From: Spirochaetota bacterium
Lineage (GTDB): Bacteria; Spirochaetota; UBA4802; JAFGDQ01
Reading direction: 5' to 3'
Assembly: GCA_043803405.1 (NCBI GenBank)
Contig: JAZDKB010000019.1
Location: forward strand, 160,001-224,000
Length of the DNA: 64,000 nt
Position numbers and translations under genes: made by a program. Below the pieces are notes generated by a model that was given only the letters and a program-made list of their open reading frames with translations, searched no databases and was not told the DNA's origin. How positions within the stretch are numbered: the stretch's first letter is position 1; the number at the start of each line of letters is the position of its first letter. This document shows, piece by piece, positions 19,570-29,514 of this stretch.

Positions 19570-20064
19570 ATGAATCAGGAAAAACTGGAAAAATACCTCA
19601 CTCTTTTCTGCCTGCGCAATGATTTTACCATGGAAGACCTGACTGCGTCCTACAGGGTACTCGCAAAACTTAACCATCCGGATGTAAGCAAAGATAAAGA
19701 TTCCGTTAAGCTGATGGCAGGCATTAATGAAGGATATCAATTTTTAAAAGATGCTTTGCTGACCGGAGAAGTAATAATTTATTTCAATAATTTAAAAAAG
19801 GCGGAACCGGAATCTGAAAGAAGAAGAGTAGAAGATATTTTTTACGACCAGTACAAGAAAGGCTTTGTTATACTTAAATCCGCTTTTGAGGATTATTACG
19901 GAGAGAAAGAGGACAAATTTCTTACGGGGAAAGCTGATATTTTAAAAAAGGAATTGTTGCGAGCCAAAATCGAGTTTGCAGTTTTAATTAATGACCTGCC
20001 GTATAATCTATGGGTAAATGATGCGATCGATAAAATAAGCAGTATTAATAAATGGCTGGATTAA
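19570..20064 (+). CDS. J-domain protein
   Basis: YRVLAKLNHPD ... INEGY. Confidence 0.8.
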   Translation: MNQEKLEKYLTLFCLRNDFTMEDLTASYRVLAKLNHPDVSKDKDSVKLMAGINEGYQFLKDALLTGEVIIYFNNLKKAEPESERRRVEDIFYDQYKKGFVILKSAFEDYYGEKEDKFLTGKADILKKELLRAKIEFAVLINDLPYNLWVNDAIDKISSINKWLD

Positions 20065-20072
20065 ATAAGCTT

Positions 20073-20768
20073 TTATTTTTTCGAGGATGCTTCTGCGGGA
20101 TTTAACTTCTGCCTTTTCTGCGACAGTCTCTTCAAATGATCGTCTATAATTTTACCGTAACTTAAATCGCCGCGCGCAATTGAAAACCGCTCCGATTCAA
20201 TAAATCCCAGGTCCGTTGTTATTTTAATATCGCTTGCGTCCATCGCATATCTTTTTGCGTTTTCCCAGTATGGTATCGCTTCCTTGTAAAGTTTTTCAGC
20301 TATATCGAAACTTTCGTTTATTTCTTTGGCAAACGGCGAATTATAAAACTTAATGCTTTGCTTGTCGTATCGTGATGCAATCGACATATAATTTCGCATA
20401 ATGAGAATATTCAGATGCATGAACATAAGTCTGCGGTATTTTAAATATTCCGCTTCGGAGTCGATTTTAACAAGCGCTTCGGACGGATGTCTGAACTTGC
20501 AGGCGAGGGCGGTTTTAAGCCTGTCTATATTTTTCCGGAGTGAATTTTCGTTGTAGTGCTGTTTCATGCCGTACAGCTGATAAAAATCTTCAAGGTAATG
20601 CGGTACAGTAAAATAATGAAGCCTGATCTTTGGTATGTAATCCGAGAAAGGGACGTATTTATCTTTTTCGTGATTAAAATACTGATACTGATAGTCTTCC
20701 GGGTGCAGTCCAGGCTGCAGCAGCATAACAAGACTAAAGATAATTACTATTTTTAGCAATGGTTTCAT
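20073..20768 (-). CDS. Secreted helical hypothetical protein
   Basis: Signal peptide; 231-aa ORF. Confidence 0.7.
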   Translation of the reverse strand: MKPLLKIVIIFSLVMLLQPGLHPEDYQYQYFNHEKDKYVPFSDYIPKIRLHYFTVPHYLEDFYQLYGMKQHYNENSLRKNIDRLKTALACKFRHPSEALVKIDSEAEYLKYRRLMFMHLNILIMRNYMSIASRYDKQSIKFYNSPFAKEINESFDIAEKLYKEAIPYWENAKRYAMDASDIKITTDLGFIESERFSIARGDLSYGKIIDDHLKRLSQKRQKLNPAEASSKK

Positions 20769-20822
20769 TTATTTGATTATCGGTAATTATTTTTAATTAG
20801 TGAAGCAGCAGAGCAGTTAATT

Positions 20823-21737
20823 TTAAATCCCTGCGCTGTGCCGTTGAGCGGAATATTCCGAAAAGAAGAGGTTCAAATACTCTTTAACTGAAAGCGCGTA
20901 TTGAAGTTTTATTTTTGTTTCCACTGCCCATGTAGAATGCGGGAATATCTTAAGTACGTTTTTAAAATTTATCTCTGCTTTCAGAAGCAGGTCGTCCGCT
21001 ATGTCTTTTTTGAAGAATCCTCTGTTGTGCCTGTCATAGAATATTTCCTTTTCGCACGGGTGAAGCATGTCGTCGCCTCTCTTGAAGAGCCTGTACGCTT
21101 CCACTTCTATGGAATCGCTGTAAGAATCGATTACATTAACGCATTCCGACGCCATATAAAAATAATATATCATTGCGCTGAAGACTTCAAAATGTTTGAG
21201 AAAATCGATATCTTTTGTTTTATTATTCAAGCTCATTATGGAGTGATAGTGTTTTTTTAAATTCGAAGTGATGTTGACGAATATGTTTTTGTTTGCCGCG
21301 TTGTTTCTTCTGGCAATATTGTATATTCCGTACTGGAAATATCTGTAAAGATCGTTTTTTGCCGATTCCCTTATTTTAACAAATTCTTTTGTCAGGATAT
21401 CGTGATGAAGCGCTTCATTTGCTTCTTTGTCCGGATCGTAATAGCTCTTTTTTAATTTTGGTTTTTTAACAGGTTTTTCTGCATATACATTCTGCTGTGT
21501 GCCCGAAGGTTTTACATCTTCTTTTCCTGGTTCTTTCTTCTCTTCCTGGAAACGCAGCTGCATAAGCGTTGTGTATGCCATGTTAAGAGCAGACATAGCA
21601 TTGTTCGCCCATTCGATCCTGTCAGGATTTTTGTCGGGATGAAACTTGTGCGCAAGCATCTTGAACGATTTTTTAATCTCGTCATCAGTGGCGCTTACCG
21701 GCAATCCCATAATTCTGTAGCAGTCTGATAAATTCAT
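20823..21737 (-). CDS. J-domain protein
   Basis: IKKSFKMLAHKFHPDKNP. Confidence 0.85.
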   Translation of the reverse strand: MNLSDCYRIMGLPVSATDDEIKKSFKMLAHKFHPDKNPDRIEWANNAMSALNMAYTTLMQLRFQEEKKEPGKEDVKPSGTQQNVYAEKPVKKPKLKKSYYDPDKEANEALHHDILTKEFVKIRESAKNDLYRYFQYGIYNIARRNNAANKNIFVNITSNLKKHYHSIMSLNNKTKDIDFLKHFEVFSAMIYYFYMASECVNVIDSYSDSIEVEAYRLFKRGDDMLHPCEKEIFYDRHNRGFFKKDIADDLLLKAEINFKNVLKIFPHSTWAVETKIKLQYALSVKEYLNLFFSEYSAQRHSAGI

Positions 21738-21946
21738 TTGAGCACAATTCTTTATTATTATAACAAATATGCAATAATACTATTTGGTTATGGAATATGT
21801 CAAATTAGATTTTGTTATCGGGAGCATGGAAAAGATAAATTATAGATATACATCGATTACAAGTCATCTCAAAATATAATTTTATAAAAAAAGCTGACTT
21901 AAAATTTCAATACATTACAAATCTTAATTTTGAATTTTTAACTTTC

Positions 21947-21975
21947 TTGACGCTCCGGGCAATATTGAAGATAAT
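21947..21975 (+). promoter_or_regulatory. Sigma70-type promoter of serS
   Basis: TTGACG-N17-GATAAT. Confidence 0.55.
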
Positions 21976-22009
21976 GTTCACATATATGTTTTAATTTCGA
22001 GGTAATAGA

Positions 22010-23272
22010 ATGATAGATCCAAAACTGATTAGGGAAGACATTGAAGGTATACGCATCCTATTAAAGAACAGGAATATGACGAATGCCGTTGATCTTGATG
22101 TTTTGCATAAGACCGAGGAACAGAGAAGAGAGCATGTATTAAAGATAGATAAGCTCCGTGAAAAAAGGAATGCCTTGTCAAAAGAGATCGGCAGGCTAAA
22201 GGGAGCAGGTAAAGACGATTCGCAGCTGAGGCAGGAAGTGCAGGCCATTACCGAAGAAATGAAACAACTGGAAGCGGGCATTGAAAGCCTCAACGAAAGG
22301 TTCAATGATATGCATTTATCCGTGCCGAACATTCTGGATAAGTCCGTTCCTGTCGGCAGGGATGAGAAAGAAAATAAAGTGATACGCGAATGGGGGAAGA
22401 AGCCGGTATTCACATTTGCTCCGAAGCCTCATTACGAGATCGGCGTAGACATGGGCATACTGGATTTTGAAAGAGGAGTAAAGCTTGCAGGCGCGCGCTT
22501 TTACGTATACCGCGGCCTGGCCGCAAAACTTGAAAGAGCGATCATAAGCTTTATGCTGGATCTGCACACCAGGGAGCACGGATATACTGAAATATTCGGG
22601 CCGTTTATCGTGAACGATGAGAGCATGACAGGCACCGGACAGTATCCGAAATTCAAGGACGAGTTTTACAGGATAGAACGCGACGGCCTGTCGCTTATAC
22701 CTACTGCGGAAGTCACTCTTACCAATCTTTACAGGGACGAAATACTGGACAAGGAGAACATGCCGGTTTACGTAACAATGCAGTCTTCGTGCTTCAGGCG
22801 CGAGGCCGGCGCAGCAGGCAAAGACACGCGCGGGCTTATACGCGTGCACCAGTTCCAGAAAGTCGAGCTTGTGAAGTTCGTTGAACCGGAAACCTCGTCC
22901 GATGAGCTTGAGAAACTTACTGCGGACGCAGAGGCAGTGCTGCAAAAGCTGAATCTTCATTACCGCGTTATGCTTCTTTGCAGCGGCGATACATCCGCAT
23001 CATCTTCAAAAACATATGATATAGAAGTATGGATGCCCGGGCTCGACAGGTACATGGAGATAAGCTCGTGTTCCAATTTTCTTGATTACCAGGCAAGGCG
23101 CGCGAAGATAAGGTACAAAAAAGCGAAAGGCGAAAAACCTGTGCTTGTGCATACGCTTAACGGGTCAGGACTGGCAGCAGGAAGGACCATGGCAGCAATA
23201 ATGGAAAATTACCAGACTTCTGATGGAAAAATCGAAATACCGGAAGCGTTATCGAAGTATATGAATTTATAG
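22010..23272 (+). CDS. serS: Serine--tRNA ligase
   Basis: [34 protein letters not shown]. Confidence 0.98.
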   Translation: MIDPKLIREDIEGIRILLKNRNMTNAVDLDVLHKTEEQRREHVLKIDKLREKRNALSKEIGRLKGAGKDDSQLRQEVQAITEEMKQLEAGIESLNERFNDMHLSVPNILDKSVPVGRDEKENKVIREWGKKPVFTFAPKPHYEIGVDMGILDFERGVKLAGARFYVYRGLAAKLERAIISFMLDLHTREHGYTEIFGPFIVNDESMTGTGQYPKFKDEFYRIERDGLSLIPTAEVTLTNLYRDEILDKENMPVYVTMQSSCFRREAGAAGKDTRGLIRVHQFQKVELVKFVEPETSSDELEKLTADAEAVLQKLNLHYRVMLLCSGDTSASSSKTYDIEVWMPGLDRYMEISSCSNFLDYQARRAKIRYKKAKGEKPVLVHTLNGSGLAAGRTMAAIMENYQTSDGKIEIPEALSKYMNL

Positions 23273-23277
23273 GCCGC

Positions 23278-23586
23278 CTATCGGACGTCTTTTAATTCGC
23301 CGGAAATGATAAACAGATTATCCGAGTCTTTTGTTACGCGTTTTACAGCTAAAACCGCCTGCAGCGGAGGCTGTTCAATTCCACCGGAAACTTTAACTGC
23401 AATATCCAGCTCGGAGCCTTCTTTTATATGCTTAGAAGTTGAAAGTTGAATCCCTGTATGGGAGAGGTTTTTGCAAATAGCTTTAAATTCTTCATTATTC
23501 CCGCGTATTTTACAAATTACTTCAGTTTGTATTTCCATACGTATAAAATCTCTTTTTTCTTTGTTAATAACTGATGAGCCAGGCAT
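23278..23586 (-). CDS. Single-domain PilZ protein
   Basis: RDFIR and NLSHTG motifs. Confidence 0.85.
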   Translation of the reverse strand: MPGSSVINKEKRDFIRMEIQTEVICKIRGNNEEFKAICKNLSHTGIQLSTSKHIKEGSELDIAVKVSGGIEQPPLQAVLAVKRVTKDSDNLFIISGELKDVR

Positions 23587-23894
23587 AACATTTCTCCGAA
23601 AATAATAGTTCAAATAATAATAATATTTACATGCGCCCGGTAGAATAGAACCAGCAACGCACGGATTCAAAGTTTTAGAAAACGCTTTCCATTAACAATC
23701 CATAGTGATCTGTATATATAAGTTCATAAAATCGTCAATAAAAATTGCTATAGAATACTTCAGTTAACGCTTTTTTCTAATTGTTTTTGTTATTTCAATA
23801 CTTAACAAAAATATTTAAAATGAAAATAATAAACATCTATATAGACGAATTAACTATCATCAAATAAAAATGTATTCTATAGAACACCGGTAAA

Positions 23895-24374
23895 CTATTC
23901 AATGTTCCCTAATTCAGTAATAACCTGCGGATTAAAATAACAATGTTTTTGTATCAATCTCTCATTAATTTCATTTTCATTTAAATCCGTTACAAATATC
24001 ATCCTGCCATTATACTGATTAAAACCTGCAATTTTATATTGATCGTAGTCCGGATCCCAAACGGTATTTTTAATTTCAAATTTAACCGGTTCCATAAATT
24101 CATAATTTGATATATGATTAAGTATCGGCGTATATTGAGAATTCGTCCGTTTTTTAAGTAAATGATCATTATTAAAAAATATTATTATGTCATTAGCTTT
24201 TGAATACTCATTTAAAAGCATAAACAGGGACTTTCTGTCTTTAACTTTATGGTCTACAACACAGGATGCATTATTTTTAAGAAAAACAGTAATATCGGAA
24301 TGATGTTCCTCCGGTAATTTAACGGCTGAAATATGTGAAAAAGCTAATCCAAGCATAATGTTTTCAAAGTGCAT
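23895..24374 (-). CDS. AT-rich hypothetical protein
   Basis: 159-aa ORF with AAGGA RBS; no recognised motif. Confidence 0.55.
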   Translation of the reverse strand: MHFENIMLGLAFSHISAVKLPEEHHSDITVFLKNNASCVVDHKVKDRKSLFMLLNEYSKANDIIIFFNNDHLLKKRTNSQYTPILNHISNYEFMEPVKFEIKNTVWDPDYDQYKIAGFNQYNGRMIFVTDLNENEINERLIQKHCYFNPQVITELGNIE

Positions 24375-24506
24375 TTTTAATTCCTTATTATTATTGTATA
24401 AATTACTTTATCAGTAGGCACTGCATAAAAAGTTCCATTACGGATGATTCTTTTGATGGCTTTTTGATTCTTACGGAAATCCTGTAATCCTCAGGATTAT
24501 CGGAGG

Positions 24507-24579
24507 CGCGCCCGGCAGGAGTCGAACCTGCGACGCACGGATTCGAAGTCCGACGCTCTATCCACTGAGCTACGGGCGC
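24507..24579 (-). tRNA. tRNA-Arg (anticodon TCG), CCA not encoded
   Basis: GCGCCCGTAGCTCAGTGGATAGAGCGTCGGACTTCGAATCCGTGCGTCGCAGGTTCGACTCCTGCCGGGCGCG folds as a cloverleaf. Confidence 0.95.
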
Positions 24580-24639
24580 CTAGCTGTCTGAATTTTTTTT
24601 GAATGACGCATTATGTCAAGGAGAAAAAAACATCCAATT

Positions 24640-24785
24640 CCCCGTGCGCAGCCTCCCTGTGGGTCTCTCTGCTTCGTAAAGAGGGGGAAAATACTGTTTT
24701 CTCCCCTTCTCTTTTTAAAGAGAAGGGGGCGGGGGATGAGTTAAACAAGGTTTCTTTTAGCGAGTGGCATCCCTGGGGGAGTCCG
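24640..24785. repeat. REP-like palindrome cluster
   Basis: CCCCTTCTCT..AGAGAAGGGG (24703-24728); related hairpin at 33338-33358. Confidence 0.55.
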
Positions 24786-24786
24786 G

Positions 24787-25857
24787 TTATTTAACAGATC
24801 TGAATTTATTATCGATTGCTTCCAGGTCCAGCGGGCTGTCAACATCGTTTTCCCATCTTGACGCGTTCTTTTTTATGTGATAAATAAGTATACCCATGCT
24901 GCTTAAATCTATTTTATATAATCCGGATATTATATCAATAATAGCGTTCACGAGTTCGGTCTCGACGATACACTTATTTTTTATTTGCCTGATAATTTTT
25001 AAATGTCTTGTCTTTAAAAAAAGAAAGAAAATTTTTGATATGTTGCTTGGTGTTAATGCTTTACGCAGATTATAAAAAACATTTATAGCTTCATATTCAA
25101 TTAAACCGTCCAGGGATGTGTCCATTAAAATAGCAGATGAATTGCCGATCCTTGACTGGAAATTTTCAAAGCCCATAAAGCTTTTTAGCTTTCCTTTGTT
25201 ATGCCCGTGTTTAATATATTTTATTCTGTGTTCCAGCCAGTTATCTTTTAAATCCGCAAAGTCAGCTAAACTAAAAATAAGTGAAACAGGAACCCCTCTG
25301 TGATCTTTTGTTCTGCCGAGTATTTTATTAAATTCTTCATGAATCCATTCCACATCGCTTGAAGTTATCCTTGGTGTATCCCCGAAAAAAATATCGACCC
25401 TCTGCCCGTATTCAATATAGTTTTTGCAGAAATCTTTCAGGTGGCCGCCTACTGAGCTTTTCATCTGGTTTACTGCAAGATGCGGATACTTTGAAAGATC
25501 GATCGCCTGTTTTATGCTTTTTATGTCGTTATAGACATATATTTTATCGTATAACCTTTCGGATTTTTTGCTGCCTGCAGAGCCCGATTTTTTTGCATTG
25601 TATACCGCGTTTATAACGTATTCAATAATCGGTTTTCCCGCGATCTTTTTCAGGAATTTATTCTGTCCTATGTATATTACCTCGCCGTCGTATGCTTCCT
25701 GCATTTCTTCTATTATCTTTTTTTTCTTTTTTCTGGATTCAATTTTATTGAAACCTGCGAGAATAAGAGCGACTGGTTTTAAAATGGGTTTGGTTTTTGT
25801 CTGTTTTTTTTTCGTTTTTTCGGGAGATTTCTTTTTTGCCGGCATATTTATTTCCAT
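24787..25857 (-). CDS. MobA-like NTP transferase-fold protein
   Basis: ALILAG, NKFL..IAGKPII, GDTP, DVDSPLDL; Lys-rich N-terminus. Confidence 0.65.
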   Translation of the reverse strand: MEINMPAKKKSPEKTKKKQTKTKPILKPVALILAGFNKIESRKKKKKIIEEMQEAYDGEVIYIGQNKFLKKIAGKPIIEYVINAVYNAKKSGSAGSKKSERLYDKIYVYNDIKSIKQAIDLSKYPHLAVNQMKSSVGGHLKDFCKNYIEYGQRVDIFFGDTPRITSSDVEWIHEEFNKILGRTKDHRGVPVSLIFSLADFADLKDNWLEHRIKYIKHGHNKGKLKSFMGFENFQSRIGNSSAILMDTSLDGLIEYEAINVFYNLRKALTPSNISKIFFLFLKTRHLKIIRQIKNKCIVETELVNAIIDIISGLYKIDLSSMGILIYHIKKNASRWENDVDSPLDLEAIDNKFRSVK

Positions 25858-26122
25858 AAAGTCAGTTAATTATATAATTACACACGAAAATGGAAAATTT
25901 TGTATTGATGATTACAAGACGATAATCTTTAAAAAAAAGTTGTCTTGTCAAGAGAAGTTCCTTGTATTTTGATATTTAATAATAAATTTTGTCAACTATC
26001 AATTTGGTTGACTTATTGAAATAAGAAATAAAGTTTTATAAATTACATATAGTGTGTCCCAAAATCTAAAACGATATAAATACAGATGCAGGGGCGCAGT
26101 ATAAATTTTACAGGAGTTAAAA

Positions 26123-26746
26123 ATGATAATTGAGCAGATATTAGTAACAGGTTATGCAGTATTCTGTTACCTGATCGCGGATGAAAAGACAAAGGAAGGC
26201 GTTCTTGTTGACCCTGCCGGTGACATTCAAAAAATCTATTCCGTAATTGATAAACATAATGTTAAAATTAAATGGATCATTAATACACACGGCCATTTTG
26301 ATCATACGGGCGGCAATGATATTATAATGAAAGAAACAGGGGCCGGTCTTCTGGTGCATGAAGAAGAAGCTAACTCGATAGATTGTATTGACGGAAAAAT
26401 AAAATCTAAATTTTCAAATACGAAAAGTTTTCCCGAAACAGTATCTTTCATAAAAGACGGGGATGTTATTGAAGTCGGTTCCATTAAGCTGAAGGTGCTG
26501 CATACTCCGGGACACAGTGCGGGAAGCATTTGCCTGTATACAGATGGAAATATCTTTACAGGAGATACGCTCTTTACGGAAGGCATGGGCAGAACGGACC
26601 TGCGCGGAGGCTCCGAAAGGCAGATAATGCATTCAATACGCAATATCATACTGGGGCTGCCGGATGACACGGTCATCTGGCCCGGCCATCATTACGGAAG
26701 ATACCCGAAGTCTACTGTGAGAGAGCAGAAGAAATATTACATGTAG
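26123..26746 (+). CDS. MBL-fold hydrolase (glyoxalase II-like)
   Basis: THGHFDH, HTPGHS, FTGD, GRTDL, PGH. Confidence 0.9.
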   Translation: MIIEQILVTGYAVFCYLIADEKTKEGVLVDPAGDIQKIYSVIDKHNVKIKWIINTHGHFDHTGGNDIIMKETGAGLLVHEEEANSIDCIDGKIKSKFSNTKSFPETVSFIKDGDVIEVGSIKLKVLHTPGHSAGSICLYTDGNIFTGDTLFTEGMGRTDLRGGSERQIMHSIRNIILGLPDDTVIWPGHHYGRYPKSTVREQKKYYM

Positions 26747-26944
26747 CTGAAAGTTATCCTGCTAACTCGTTGATAGATAAATTTATCTTCTGGAAAAAGT
26801 GCTAAATACAGCGAATCTTTTGCATACGGAATCAAATAGAATCTGAAGCAGATTGGCGATTATCATGTCAGGGGAAAATTGATTCTACAGAAGGTCAGAA
26901 TACTAAAATATATTCGATTTTAGAATAATTTTATCAAAATTATT

Positions 26945-26993
26945 TATATATTCGAATATATAATTGACAAAATTATCGATAATCGTATATAAT
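26945..26993 (+). promoter_or_regulatory. Promoter of panB-lrp with two perfect palindromes
   Basis: TTGACA (26964) N18 TATAAT (26988); TATATATTCGAATATATA and ATTATCGATAAT. Confidence 0.6.
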
Positions 26994-27026
26994 ACCTCCG
27001 TATTTAAAAAAACACGGAGGTATTAT

Positions 27027-27848
27027 ATGTATTCAGCTGATTTTAAATCAAAAAAATTCAATATCAATGATTTTGAGGCAAGGAAGAAAAACGGCATCCC
27101 TGTCACAATGATAACATGCTACGATTATGCCTTTGCCCGGATTCTGGATAATACGAATATCGATGTGATACTTGTTGGCGATTCGCTGGGAAACGTGTTT
27201 GCAGGATACGACACAACAGTGCCGGTTACGATTGATCAGATGATTTATCACACTGCTATTGTAAAACGCGGCGCTCCATCGAAGCTTGTAGTAATAGATA
27301 TGCCTTTCATGAGTTATCATATATCGGTGGAAGATACTCTTCGAAACGCAGGCAGAATGATAAAGGAAACAGGGGCAGGCGCTGTAAAGCTTGAAGGCGG
27401 CAGGGATTTTTACGATGTTATAAAGGCCCTTACGAGAGCATCGATTCCGGTAATGGGGCATCTGGGGCTAACGCCGCAGTCGATTCATAAGCTCGGAGGA
27501 TTTTCGGTTCAGGGGCGCAGCGAAGAGCAGAGAAAAAGGATTATTGAAGACGCAATGATTCTCGAAGAAGCTGGGGTGTGTTCTATTGTGCTGGAAAAGG
27601 TTCCCGCATCTCTCGGTAAAGAAGTGTCCGAAAGGCTCTCTATCCCCACAATAGGCATAGGCGCAGGGAAATTCTGCGACGGGCAGGTTCTTGTGCTTAA
27701 CGACGTCCTTGGGATTGATAAGGACTTTAACCCTAAGTTTGTAAAAAAATACGCGGATTTATATTCAGCAACAAAGAACGCGCTTGAATCTTATATTTGC
27801 GAAGTTAAGGAACGCGCATTCCCGTCAGCCGAGAATTCTTTTGAATAA
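27027..27848 (+). CDS. panB: 3-methyl-2-oxobutanoate hydroxymethyltransferase
   Basis: ILVGDSLG, DMPF, VKLEGG, GHLGLTPQ, TIGIGAG, DGQVLV. Confidence 0.97.
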   Translation: MYSADFKSKKFNINDFEARKKNGIPVTMITCYDYAFARILDNTNIDVILVGDSLGNVFAGYDTTVPVTIDQMIYHTAIVKRGAPSKLVVIDMPFMSYHISVEDTLRNAGRMIKETGAGAVKLEGGRDFYDVIKALTRASIPVMGHLGLTPQSIHKLGGFSVQGRSEEQRKRIIEDAMILEEAGVCSIVLEKVPASLGKEVSERLSIPTIGIGAGKFCDGQVLVLNDVLGIDKDFNPKFVKKYADLYSATKNALESYICEVKERAFPSAENSFE

Positions 27849-27893
27849 TAAAAGTAAACAAATTTCATAACAGGTGTTTGGAAGCCGGTAAAC

Positions 27894-28364
27894 ATGTCGA
27901 ACGATAAAAGAAACTTAGACGATATGGACGCGAAGATAATCGCTGTTCTTCAATCGGACGGAAGAATAAGCAATACGGATATTGCGAAGTTGCTCGATGT
28001 GTCCGAGGCTACGGTGCGCGGAAGAATTAAGCGCCTCATAGATGATGAAATTATACAGATAGTGGCAGTCTCGAACCCCCTTAAACTGGGATTTGAGATT
28101 ACCGGCGACTTGTATATCACTGTTGACATGAAAAAGATGGACAAAGTGATCGGCGCTCTTAGGGAATACAAAGAGTTGTGGTACATTGTAGCTACTACAG
28201 GCAGGTCGAACCTGAACGCGGAATTTGTCGTTAAGAACCTCGACGAGCTGAACGATCTTGTGTATAACCGCCTTAGCCACATAGACGGCATTGAGCAGAT
28301 TGAAACTTCTATCATTATGAAATACGTTAAGCGCAAATACGATTTCGGAACTTCTCTGGACTGA
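27894..28364 (+). CDS. Lrp/AsnC family transcriptional regulator
   Basis: LDDMD..II..LQ.DGR HTH plus RAM domain. Confidence 0.9.
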   Translation: MSNDKRNLDDMDAKIIAVLQSDGRISNTDIAKLLDVSEATVRGRIKRLIDDEIIQIVAVSNPLKLGFEITGDLYITVDMKKMDKVIGALREYKELWYIVATTGRSNLNAEFVVKNLDELNDLVYNRLSHIDGIEQIETSIIMKYVKRKYDFGTSLD

Positions 28365-28709
28365 ACCCGGTCTTTTGTTTTCTGGAGAATTCCTGCATTT
28401 ATTGTTTTGTGAGGATAATGCGGCACTTGAAAATGATTATACGAATCATTCGTATAATCATGCGAGAGTTTCGTCAAACTATGCGCGAGATGAAAATGAT
28501 TATGCTAATACCTAAAATATACTCATTTGGTGCTTTTTTAACATAAAATGCACTTTTATCGTATTTATTTTAGCTTTATTGGAGTAAATATATAGAATAT
28601 ATCAGGTTAAATCATAAGTGGAATAGTTTTACATTGACAGACCCCTTAAATATGCTAATAATTAGCGAAAACTTTCATTTAGATTTTTTAATATCAGGGT
28701 ATCTTTGCT

Positions 28710-28728
28710 GTTTAATACTATGTTAGGT
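28710..28728 (+). other. attI-like integron recombination site
   Basis: GTTTAAT-ACTAT-GTTAGGT: L box, 5-nt spacer, GTTRRRY core, same layout as attI1 (CCCTAAA-ACAAA-GTTAGGC). Confidence 0.45.
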
Positions 28729-28798
28729 TTAAAAATGCTTGATTTGTGATATAAACTGTAATAAATTGTACAAAATTCAGTAATAAATAAGGTACAAT

Positions 28799-29074
28799 AT
28801 GCAAAGATTAAAGCTTGACCAAGATATCCGACCTCTTTCAGAAGTCAGGACGGAAATTGCCAGCTGTATAAAGCAAGTTCATGATACAAGAAGACCATTG
28901 ATTATTACTCAACATGGGAAAGGTGTAGCTGTTTTATTAGATGTTCAGGAATATGAAGTAATACAGGAAAAACTTGAATTGTTATCTGATGTACAAAAAT
29001 CTTTATCGCAAATCGAAAATGGTAACGGGATAGAACATAAAAAAGCAAAAGCCATACTTATAAAACGAGTTTAG
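28799..29074 (+). CDS. Phd/YefM family antitoxin
   Basis: IRPLSE.R, PLIITQHGKGVAVL; TTGTACAA palindrome upstream (28766-28773). Confidence 0.9.
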   Translation: MQRLKLDQDIRPLSEVRTEIASCIKQVHDTRRPLIITQHGKGVAVLLDVQEYEVIQEKLELLSDVQKSLSQIENGNGIEHKKAKAILIKRV

Positions 29075-29076
29075 CA

Positions 29077-29373
29077 ATGAAAATTGTATGGTCTCCACTT
29101 GCCCTCGAAAGAGCTTCTGAAATAATTGATTATATTGCACAAGATAAACCATCCGCAGCAATAAATTGGATAGATATTGTCTTTTCAAAAGTTGAATTAC
29201 TTGCATTATCTCCAGAGATGGGTAGGGTTGTGCCAGAGATAGGGAATATTCAATTTAGAGAAGTGATTTATGGTAATTATCGAATTATTTATCGGTTTTA
29301 TAAAAAACAAATATTTATTCTTACTATCCGTCATGGAAAGCAAATATTACCAATTGATGAAATTTCATCATAA
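29077..29373 (+). CDS. RelE/ParE family toxin
   Basis: MKIVWSPLA, PEMGRVVPE, YRIIY, IRHG. Confidence 0.9.
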   Translation: MKIVWSPLALERASEIIDYIAQDKPSAAINWIDIVFSKVELLALSPEMGRVVPEIGNIQFREVIYGNYRIIYRFYKKQIFILTIRHGKQILPIDEISS

Positions 29374-29405
29374 AAATTGTTGCACTCTATTTCAGGTATA
29401 GAAAA

Positions 29406-29492
29406 GCTCAACATTTGTTCAAGTCGTTGCGCCATTAGTCAGTTAAACTCTATTGCCAGCACTCGCAAAAACCGCTGAGCCAACTGTTAAAG
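29406..29492 (+). other. Degenerate attC-like site
   Basis: R'' GCTCAAC, L'' GTTCAAGT, TTGCG..CGCAA stem, L' GCTGAGC, 5 nt, R' GTTAAAG. Confidence 0.5.
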
Positions 29493-29514
29493 TTCTTTTT
29501 CGGGAGTTAAGTAA

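Noticed and set aside
23895..24579. Prophage or island integrated at tRNA-Arg
   Set aside because: No integrase and no duplicated tRNA 3' end seen; only one AT-rich ORF nearby
28365..28700. intI integrase remnant
   Set aside because: No tyrosine-recombinase-like sequence was apparent on the minus strand
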